From: Opitutus sp. GAS368
Lineage (GTDB): Bacteria > Verrucomicrobiota > Verrucomicrobiia > Opitutales > Opitutaceae
Assembly (NCBI GenBank): GCA_945861235.1
Contig: CAMATV010000001.1
Span: 1-33,167, forward strand
DNA length: 33,167 bases
Direction: 5' to 3'
Below the pieces are notes generated by a model. That model was not told the DNA's origin. It searched no databases and saw only the letters and a list, made by a program, of their open reading frames with translations. This document shows positions 17,656 through 25,474 of the stretch, one piece after another; position 1 is the stretch's first letter, and each line of letters begins with the position of its first letter. The position numbers and the translations under genes were made by a program.

Positions 17656-19749
17656 TCACTGTGCCCGCAGCGCGGCGACCGCCCCGCCACCGATCACGAC
17701 CCGGGCGTTGGAACCGTAAATGCTGCGCGCGGCTTCGGCGGTGACGGCCTTGCCCTCCACGTCGACCGGATCCAGCAGGACCACGCGGCCACGACCCGCC
17801 TGCGCAGCGAGGTCGGACAGATCCAGATCCTGCAGGACGCCGGGAATAATGATGTCCACGTGTGGTTCCGGCAGCTGCGGCGTGCGCACAAGTTCGAGGT
17901 AGGACAGCACCGTGCCGTTCGCCACGGTCCGGGCGATGCGGGGCTCGAGCGCGGTCGCGTAGAGCGCGATCACGCCCAGGTTGCCGCGGCCAACGAGCGA
18001 AATCCGGTCGGACGCAACCCACGGCTGGGCGCGTACGAAATCGTAGAGCGCCAGTGCATCCTGCACCCGCATGCCGGGCATCGATTTACCGATGAGAATC
18101 GCCCGCATGGCCGTCTTGTAGGGCTGGGTGTAATACGAGCGCTTTTCCGTCGTCGCCGGGAGCGCGCCGCGCAACGGCGCGACCACCACCCCCTGTCCCG
18201 CCCGCAGCCAGGCGGCGACATCCGCGTCGGCCGCCGCGTCCACGGCACCGAGATTCTCCCGCAGCACGATCACCGCCGGTCGCCGCTCGCCCCCGCCCGC
18301 GGGCGTGAAGACCTGCACGTTCAACTCGATGCCGGGCTCCGGCACGACTGCGAAGGTCTCCGCGGCGAAACCCGTGCCGGCAGTGCGAACCCGCGACGTC
18401 GCCGTCGCCGCCGCGCGTCCCGCCGGCAGGCCGAGCCGGCGCGCAATCGTCGCGCGCGCCGCCGTGGCGTCGCCCGCTTTTGCCAGCGTGCGCCGTGCGT
18501 GGACTTCCTCGGCGCGGGCCTGGTTGAGCTGCTGCATCGTCTTCGAGCCGAGCGCCGTGACGACATGGCCCGTGTCGGTGCAGTGGAGCGTGCGCACGTT
18601 CTCCGTCGTGTGCTCCGGCTCGTTCACGAACTCCGCCCGGCCGGCGAGCCACTGATCGAACCACGCGGTCGTGGCCTCGCGGCGAGGCTTCGACCAGGCG
18701 TGGCCGTCGTTGAATTCAAAATACCCCATCTGCTTCTCCGCGCCCAGCAGCGCGAACATCCGCCGGGCCTCCACGTGCGCCACCCGCGCGCCCTCGACCG
18801 GGAACATGTCCTTCGTCGCGGTCAGCATTAAGATCGGCTTGGGCGCAAATGCCAAGGCGAGATCGGAGAAGTCGAGCCCGGCGCGAATCCAGCCGGGCAG
18901 CACCTGCTCGGAGTCCTGGGGGCCGCCGCTCTTCCAGAGATGCGGCCAGTCAGTCCAGTAGCAGGACGACGCCACCGCCGCCAGCCGCGGTTCGCAGATC
19001 CCAAGAAAGGCGGACTGCGTGCCGCCGCCGGAATTGCCCGCCACCCCGATGCGGCGTCCGTCGACCTCGGGACGCGTGAGCAGGTAGTCGAAGCCGCGAA
19101 TGCCATCCCACATGAAGTACCGCGCGCTCGTGTCGCCCGTGAGGAGGCACTGCAGTCCCGGGCTAATGTGGCCGAGCGACTTCATCTCGCCCGTGGCCGG
19201 ATCCTTGAGTTCCCAACGTTCGCCCTGGGCCGGCGGATCGAAGGCGAGGACGACGTAGCCGCGCAGCGCGAGCGCGATGAAGGCAGACTGGTACACGGGC
19301 GACGCCTTGCCTTCCGGCATGGCGTGCCCCGCCGTGCCGAGCACCGCGGGAAACGGCCCCGGGCCGGTCGTGGGCACGTAGAGGTTGGCCGTGACGAAGC
19401 ATCCCGGGAGGCTCTCGTAGATCACCTTCTCAACCCGATAGCCTTTGCGCTCGAGCGTGCCGGTGACGCGCGCGTTAAGCGGCGTTTTCGTGGCCGGCAG
19501 GCCGCCGATCGCCCGGAGAAATTCCGCCCGGATGAACGCGATTCGCTGCCGGACGTCGTCCGCCGTCGTAACCCTCGCCAGCTGATTCGCCCGGTCGCGC
19601 CACTGCTGCTGCACGAGGGCGCCGAAATAGTTTTCCAACGGATAGCCCTCCGCGGGAGGCACTGGCGCCTTGGCTCCGGTCGCCAACAAAATCCCGGCGG
19701 TCGCAAACCCGAAAATCAGAGAACGAAGGACAAGGGATGGGAGGCGCAT
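17656..19749 (-). CDS. Acetylxylan-esterase-like alpha/beta hydrolase, two-domain, secreted
   Basis: Signal peptide, YRVEKVIYESLPG..VTANLY, GQGER-like motif, GNSGGG nucleophile elbow and GPQDSEQ. Confidence 0.85.
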   Translation of the reverse strand: MRLPSLVLRSLIFGFATAGILLATGAKAPVPPAEGYPLENYFGALVQQQWRDRANQLARVTTADDVRQRIAFIRAEFLRAIGGLPATKTPLNARVTGTLERKGYRVEKVIYESLPGCFVTANLYVPTTGPGPFPAVLGTAGHAMPEGKASPVYQSAFIALALRGYVVLAFDPPAQGERWELKDPATGEMKSLGHISPGLQCLLTGDTSARYFMWDGIRGFDYLLTRPEVDGRRIGVAGNSGGGTQSAFLGICEPRLAAVASSCYWTDWPHLWKSGGPQDSEQVLPGWIRAGLDFSDLALAFAPKPILMLTATKDMFPVEGARVAHVEARRMFALLGAEKQMGYFEFNDGHAWSKPRREATTAWFDQWLAGRAEFVNEPEHTTENVRTLHCTDTGHVVTALGSKTMQQLNQARAEEVHARRTLAKAGDATAARATIARRLGLPAGRAAATATSRVRTAGTGFAAETFAVVPEPGIELNVQVFTPAGGGERRPAVIVLRENLGAVDAAADADVAAWLRAGQGVVVAPLRGALPATTEKRSYYTQPYKTAMRAILIGKSMPGMRVQDALALYDFVRAQPWVASDRISLVGRGNLGVIALYATALEPRIARTVANGTVLSYLELVRTPQLPEPHVDIIIPGVLQDLDLSDLAAQAGRGRVVLLDPVDVEGKAVTAEAARSIYGSNARVVIGGGAVAALRAQ

Positions 19750-20077
19750 AATCAGGAAAACCCACAGTTGTTACCGAACCGTGGAGGCGGGGCACTTCTG
19801 TCCCGAGGAAGGGCCACTTCCGCCTCCGAGTCAAACCTTGGCTGCCGGCCGCACGCGATTTTTCGGGCCGGCCGAACGCGTGCGGCATCCAGTTCCCGAT
19901 TGAAATCAAGCGCGGCGCAAAGGACTGTCGTCGTCCTTTCCACGACCTTCGGCGTCGCGTTACCCGTGACGCTGAGAGTCGTTGCCCGTTTCCCTCCGCC
20001 CACCGGATCCGCCCTCGCGGCCGACGCGATCTGCCCCGTCCATAAAATCGAGCTCCCCCCACCTTCGACGGTTTGTT

Positions 20078-20122
20078 GCTGCTCGGAAACTGGATTTTCA
20101 GCAAGAATCGGACACGGTCGGG
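20078..20122 (+). repeat. Core repeat copy 6 (3' half degenerate)
   Basis: GCTGCTCGGAAACTGGATTTTCAGCAAGAATCGGACACGGTCGGG. Confidence 0.8.
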
Positions 20123-20419
20123 CCGTTCAATGTTCGAATGGTAATCATGCACAATGAAAACCGAGCAAAACCTCGAACTCCGAACTCCGAACGACGAACG
20201 GCCCGACCCCATTGGTTACACGGCTCTTCACATGTATCGAGCTGATCGATACGCAAAGTGCGCAACAGAATTTCCCTCTCTTCTGGCAATGGGTGAAGGA
20301 TCATCCTGCCCATCGGCAAAATTTTTTTCTTCCCAATGTCCCGCAAAATCGGAGCCGCTAGTCCTGATCAGCCATTTAGATCAACCTAGGACCACGCGCT
20401 GAATCTGCACGGCGCGGCC

Positions 20420-20557
20420 CGATGGGGTCTGTCCGCTGATTGCAATGCAGTCCTATCGCTGAATCTTGGCGCCTCGAGGATGGGTCGGATCGGCGCTGGC
20501 ACGGGCTGAGGGCAATCTCTCGCAACAGACCTTGCAATCAGCGGACTGACCCCATCG
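20420..20557. repeat. 138-bp element with 26-bp terminal inverted repeats (MITE/REP-doublet-like)
   Basis: CGATGGGGTCTGTCCGCTGATTGCAA (20420-20445) vs TTGCAATCAGCGGACTGACCCCATCG (20532-20557), one mismatch. Confidence 0.8.
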
Positions 20558-20696
20558 CCCCCCCCTTACCGCCGGTGATTCGCATTCGGTAGCGATCGGT
20601 CAATCTTCGGAGGCTTTCCGGCGTTTCGCAGTCTTGGGCAAGAGCGAACGCACCAGCGGCAGGGAGCCGGAAGGCGAGGAAGCTGCTGAGCTCGCC

Positions 20697-22148
20697 TCAG
20701 GCGCCGATTTCCTGCTCCGAAGGTAGGACGAAGGGCTTGCGGTATTCGCGGGTCAGGAGCGCGTTCGCGGCGGCGTTGGCGACGAATTTTTCCTGGCCCG
20801 GCTCGGCCTGCAGGAGCGGGCCCAGGGTCAGCTTCGATTTTTCCAGGTCGACGTTGTTGTCCGCCAGATGCCGGCGCGTGCGCGCAAACGTCTCCATGAC
20901 GTCGTCGTGTGCATTGAGCTGGCTCAGCTGTTGCTCGATCTCGCGCGGCGTGGCGGGTTTTCCGAGCCGCCAGGAAATGTTGGCGGCGTGAATGAGCGCG
21001 GTGGACTGGTGGCCCTCGAGAATGTCGGCCTTCATATCGGTAACCTTGCGCGTGCGCATGGCCTGGAGGAAATTTGCGAAGTGGTTGTCGCTTTTCCCGT
21101 CGAAAGCGCGGACCAGCTTCCCCTTCAGATCGAACAGCGACGTGTCGGCGATGATGCCCTCGGTGCCGAAGAAGAACCATCCGTTCTTCACGTCCGGGTG
21201 ATAGGGCTCGCTCTTCAGTCCGCGGGTCTCCGTGACGATCGTCTTGCCGCCAAAATCAAGGATCGCGACCTGCGTGTTCGGGGTTTCGCCCGCGTCGGCA
21301 TAACCCACGCGCCCGCCGTAGCTCAGCACGCCGCGACCTAGGCCGCTGACGCCCAGGCCCCAGCGGCAGATGTCGAGGCCGTGGATGTTGTTGTTGCCGA
21401 TCTCGCCGTCGCCCGTGTCCCAGATCCAGTGCCAGTCGTAGTGGAAGTTCGGACGGTTGATCGGCCCCATTGAGGCCGGGCCGGCCCATTGGTTGTAATC
21501 GACGCTCGCCGGAATCTTCCCAGGCGTCGGCCCGCCGATCGATTTGCGCGAACCGTACATGATGCTGCGCGCGAGCTTCACTTCGCCCAGCTTGCCTTCC
21601 TGTACATACTGCACGGCGGTCGCGAGCGGACCACGCGAACGGTTCTGCGTGCCGCCCTGGCAGATGCGCCCGTAACGGCGAGCGGCCTGCACCATCCGCC
21701 GGCCCTCGACAATGGTATGGCTGACGGGTTTCTCCACGTAGACGTCCTTGCCGGCCTGCATCGCCCAGACGGCGCTGAGCGCATGCCAGTGGTTGGGCGA
21801 GGCGATGAACACCGCGGCGACGGACTTGTCGTCGAGCACCACGCGCACGTCCTGCACGGCCTTCGGAGCGCGGCCGCTCTTGGCGCCGATCGTGGCCGCG
21901 AGTTCGGCGGCGCGATCACGATCCGGATCGCACACGTACGCGACTTCGCAGTCGGGCAGGGCGGCGAGCGAACTCGCGTGCTGCTTGCCGCGAATGCCGC
22001 AACCGAGAATGGCCACGGTGATCCGGTCGTTCGCACTGACCTTCGTCGGTTCGGCCGCCCCGAGTCGTGACGGCAGCGCCGCGGCGGCGGCCGCTGCCGC
22101 GGTGAGCATGGACTGCTCGAGAAAGTGGCGGCGGGTGAGGTGAGTCAT
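20697..22148 (-). CDS. Tat-exported Gfo/Idh/MocA family oxidoreductase
   Basis: TRRHFL Tat signal, ILGCGIRG Rossmann motif, PNHWH, AGKDVYVEKP and HYDWHW.WD.G.GEIGN...H..D. Confidence 0.93.
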   Translation of the reverse strand: MTHLTRRHFLEQSMLTAAAAAAAALPSRLGAAEPTKVSANDRITVAILGCGIRGKQHASSLAALPDCEVAYVCDPDRDRAAELAATIGAKSGRAPKAVQDVRVVLDDKSVAAVFIASPNHWHALSAVWAMQAGKDVYVEKPVSHTIVEGRRMVQAARRYGRICQGGTQNRSRGPLATAVQYVQEGKLGEVKLARSIMYGSRKSIGGPTPGKIPASVDYNQWAGPASMGPINRPNFHYDWHWIWDTGDGEIGNNNIHGLDICRWGLGVSGLGRGVLSYGGRVGYADAGETPNTQVAILDFGGKTIVTETRGLKSEPYHPDVKNGWFFFGTEGIIADTSLFDLKGKLVRAFDGKSDNHFANFLQAMRTRKVTDMKADILEGHQSTALIHAANISWRLGKPATPREIEQQLSQLNAHDDVMETFARTRRHLADNNVDLEKSKLTLGPLLQAEPGQEKFVANAAANALLTREYRKPFVLPSEQEIGA

Positions 22149-22204
22149 GGGAGCGGAAAGAGAGGTTGCGTTGGCGAGGGGAATTGGTGGGTGCAATCAA
22201 CGCA

Positions 22205-23272
22205 TCAGCGCGGGAGCTTGCCGGCGGCTTCCGTGCGGGCTTTCGCGAGCACGCTGGCGATCGTCACGGCCTTGCCGCCCTGCCGCTTGCTTTCGTCGGC
22301 AGCCTCCATGAACGCGAGGACCTCGAGCGTTTCCTCGGCGCTGACCGGCGCTTGGCGCGTCCGGAAAAAACGGGCGATCTCGACGCAGAGGCCCCGATAG
22401 CCGCCGAGGCTCCCGGGTGCGGCCGGGGCGAAGGACTCGGTGCCAAACGCGACGAGACCGAAACCGCCCTTGACTTTGCGGAACCCGCGATACGTCGCGA
22501 CCCGGCCATCCTGCCAGGTGCCCGACACGACATCGACATCCTTGGTGTGCACGCGCGTGACCGACTCGCAGCCGCGGCCGAGGAGCGCGAAGAGCGGCTC
22601 GACGCCATGAATACCGTAGAAGAAAAGGTCCGGTGTGCCCGGCTCGTAATCGCAGGGTCCCCAGGACATCGCGCCGACGATCCGGCCGAGTTCGGCCTTC
22701 TTGGACAGTTCGGCGATGGCGGGGGTAAACCGCAGCGACGAGGAGGAGAAGCAGGGCACGTTGTGCTTCTTCGCCAGCTCATAGATCGCCACGGCATCGG
22801 CGAGCGTGCCGGCCGCCGGCTTGTCGATGAACAGCGGCTTGCCCGCCAGGATCACCGGGATCGCCTCCTGCAAATGGATGCGGCCGTCGACGCTCTCGAT
22901 GAACACCACGTCCACCTTCTCCAGCAGCTTCGGGATCGAATCGACAATCTCCACCCCGGCGGCGCGCACGGTCTCGGTGAATTTTTGCACGCGATTCTTG
23001 CTCGCCGGCATGTCGGTGCCACCGGGATAACCGGCCACGATCCGGACACCCGCGAGGTCGGCGGGCGCGTTCGGGTCGTTGAAGAGTTTCACGAACGCAG
23101 GGACATGCGACGTATCCAGGCCTATCATACCGGCTCGCAGCGGCGCGGGCGCAGCGCTGGCCAGGCCGGCGCCCACGACGAGGGCGAGGCAGGCGACGAC
23201 AGCGTGGCGCCACCACGGGCGCGAGGGAGAGAACGAAGCGGGCAGGGCGTGGGCGTTGGCGGGGCAATTCAT
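22205..23272 (-). CDS. Secreted Gfo/Idh/MocA family oxidoreductase
   Basis: GMIGLDTSH, ESVDGRIH, GKPLFIDKP, FSSSSLRF and YGIHGVE. Confidence 0.9.
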   Translation of the reverse strand: MNCPANAHALPASFSPSRPWWRHAVVACLALVVGAGLASAAPAPLRAGMIGLDTSHVPAFVKLFNDPNAPADLAGVRIVAGYPGGTDMPASKNRVQKFTETVRAAGVEIVDSIPKLLEKVDVVFIESVDGRIHLQEAIPVILAGKPLFIDKPAAGTLADAVAIYELAKKHNVPCFSSSSLRFTPAIAELSKKAELGRIVGAMSWGPCDYEPGTPDLFFYGIHGVEPLFALLGRGCESVTRVHTKDVDVVSGTWQDGRVATYRGFRKVKGGFGLVAFGTESFAPAAPGSLGGYRGLCVEIARFFRTRQAPVSAEETLEVLAFMEAADESKRQGGKAVTIASVLAKARTEAAGKLPR

Positions 23273-23350
23273 AGGGGTGAAGCGAGGGTTGATATTGGTC
23301 CCAGAGGTACAAGGGAATTACGGCGATCGTCCGGTCGCCGGCGCGCCGAC

Positions 23351-23371
23351 GTAGACGAGGCATCCTGCCTC
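23351..23371 (+). repeat. GTAG-type REP-like palindrome
   Basis: GTAGACGAGGCATCCTGCCTC (GAGGCA/TGCCTC stem). The 13-mer ACGAGGCATCCTG recurs at 25461-25473. Confidence 0.5.
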
Positions 23372-23399
23372 CTGGGTCGCAACGGAAAGGGAGTTCCGG

Positions 23400-25394
23400 T
23401 CATATGGGCGCCGGCCGCAGCTTGCCGTCCGGTATCATCCGGATTAGATCGGGCAGATCGTAGGAGTGCAGCGCGCCCCGGACGACATCGCCCGCCGCCA
23501 GCGGCAAGTTGGGCGTGCGCACGATCTCCGCCCATCCGGCCGGCGGCGCCGGCAGTTCGAGCGAAGCGAAGAGCCCGGGCTCGAGCGCAGCCGCGTGCAG
23601 GGCGGCGATGGCGGCCTCCCGACCACACACGAGATGAACGCCACTCGCGGCGCCGAGGAAGCGGACCGCGTGCAGGATCGCCTCGGCCCGGAGCGCGACG
23701 AGATTGCGGGCCACGAGCAGTGCTTTCTGCGCCTGCTTCGTGTCGATCGCGTTCGAATTCGCGACCGAGCCCGATGCAGCCGGGCGCATTTCACCCAGTC
23801 CCGGCAGGTCGAGGGTGAGCAGGCACGTGCCGCGGCTCAGCAGCTTGTCCAGTCCGCCGCTCGCGACGCCGGCCTGTTTGCCGCCGTCCGGGAGGAACAG
23901 GATCGCCTCGGCGGAACCGCCCGCGGTGGCCGCCGGAAAATGGAGCGCGGCCAGCCAGAGTCCGGCGTCGTAGTGCAGGATCACGCTTTCGCCGCTGCGA
24001 CCCTGCCACGTGAAGCCGCCGCGGGTCTCAGGACGGACCGGCGGCAGCGCGGCCGCGGCGCGAATGCCCGCGACGGTGCGAATGCCCGCGGGCGTCGGAC
24101 GCCGCGGCTGGGCGCGCTTTACCTCGTCGGCTAGGAGCTCGAAAAGCGAGAGCGCCCCGGCCATGCGCAGGACCTGGCCCTCGGGTGTGCACAGCAGGCT
24201 CTTTTCCTCGGGCAGCTTGATCGGCGCTTCCCGCACGGGCGCGTCGATCCCGAGCAGCCACCGACGCATCCAGCGCGTCGCACCTTCGCGCAGGCGAATG
24301 GAGAAACCGTGCTTCTCGTCGGTCTCGACCAGCTCGACTGACTCGGGCGCATCGAGCCGGGTGTAGATCCGCTTCGACTGGCGGAAAATATCCCAGGCGC
24401 CCTGAATGTCGAAGTAGTCCTGAGTCGCCACGCACAGCAGCGTGGGTCGCGGCGCACGCAGGAGCACGAAGTCCGCGTGGTCGAGCCCGCCTTCGATCTG
24501 CCCGTAGATGGTCTGTTCGTAGTCCTGCGGACCGATCGTCTGGTAGAGCCGCCGGAATCCGGTCAGGTAACAACTGGGCGCCGCGCACGCGATCCGCTCG
24601 TCGAGCGCCATCAGATACGATGTCAGCGTGCCGCCCCCGGAGTTGCCCGTCGCGCCGATGCGATCACGCAGGATGTCCGAACGGCTCTGTAGGTAATCGA
24701 TGCCGCGCATGCCGTCCCAGATGAAGTACCGCGCCACCTCGACGCCCGTGAGCCGGCAGCGCAGCCCGAGCAGGTGATGCTCCTGCGTAGGGCCGTAGAC
24801 GGGTTTCTCGCTGCCCGACAGGTACTGGCGTCGCTCGCCCTGGCCCACAGGGTCGTAGCTGAGCACCGCGAGGCCATTCCGTGCCATCAGGGCGCAGGCC
24901 AGTTGATAGGTTTCGATCGCCTTGCCGTTGGCGCTGTGGCCGCACGAGAAGAGCACGCCGGGATAAGGTCCGGGCGTGGCCGGCAGGTAGAGGTTCGCCG
25001 TGACCAGATAGCCGGGCAGGCTCTCGTAGATCACCTTCTCGATGCGATAACCCTCGCCTTGAACATGGCCGACCACGCGCGCGTTCAGCGGCGTCCGCTC
25101 AGGAAATCCGCCGAGCTGTTGCACGAAGAAGGCTCGGAGTCGCGACTGATAAGCGCGGATCTGTTCCGGCGTCTTGAGCGCGTCGTACGCCGCCTGACGC
25201 CGGTCCAGCGCCGCGAAGGCCAGTCCGTCGAGATGCTTCTCGAGCATCGCGTCCGCCGCCACGCCCCCCACGGGTCCGCCGTGAGTCGCGAGGGCGGGCG
25301 TCGCGCCGAGCACCCGTTGACCATACGCCAGCGTTGCGGTGCCGAGCCCCACGGTTCTCAGGAAGCCGCGGCGGGAGGGGGTGAATGTTTGCAT
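23400..25394 (-). CDS. Tat-exported acetylxylan-esterase-like alpha/beta hydrolase
   Basis: SRRGFL Tat signal at ATG 25394, YRIEKVIYESLPG, CGH, GQGER, GNSGGG and GPQDYEQ. Paralogue of 17656-19749. Confidence 0.85.
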   Translation of the reverse strand: MQTFTPSRRGFLRTVGLGTATLAYGQRVLGATPALATHGGPVGGVAADAMLEKHLDGLAFAALDRRQAAYDALKTPEQIRAYQSRLRAFFVQQLGGFPERTPLNARVVGHVQGEGYRIEKVIYESLPGYLVTANLYLPATPGPYPGVLFSCGHSANGKAIETYQLACALMARNGLAVLSYDPVGQGERRQYLSGSEKPVYGPTQEHHLLGLRCRLTGVEVARYFIWDGMRGIDYLQSRSDILRDRIGATGNSGGGTLTSYLMALDERIACAAPSCYLTGFRRLYQTIGPQDYEQTIYGQIEGGLDHADFVLLRAPRPTLLCVATQDYFDIQGAWDIFRQSKRIYTRLDAPESVELVETDEKHGFSIRLREGATRWMRRWLLGIDAPVREAPIKLPEEKSLLCTPEGQVLRMAGALSLFELLADEVKRAQPRRPTPAGIRTVAGIRAAAALPPVRPETRGGFTWQGRSGESVILHYDAGLWLAALHFPAATAGGSAEAILFLPDGGKQAGVASGGLDKLLSRGTCLLTLDLPGLGEMRPAASGSVANSNAIDTKQAQKALLVARNLVALRAEAILHAVRFLGAASGVHLVCGREAAIAALHAAALEPGLFASLELPAPPAGWAEIVRTPNLPLAAGDVVRGALHSYDLPDLIRMIPDGKLRPAPI

Positions 25395-25474
25395 GAGTGT
25401 AGCCTGTAAATCCTGTTCATCCTGTCGTCCGTTTAGATTGGTTTCTTTGTCAGCCGCGGTACGAGGCATCCTGA

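Noticed and set aside
20172..20199. Short tandem CGAACTC heptamer repeats
   Set aside because: Only 2-3 imperfect units of common low-complexity intergenic sequence.
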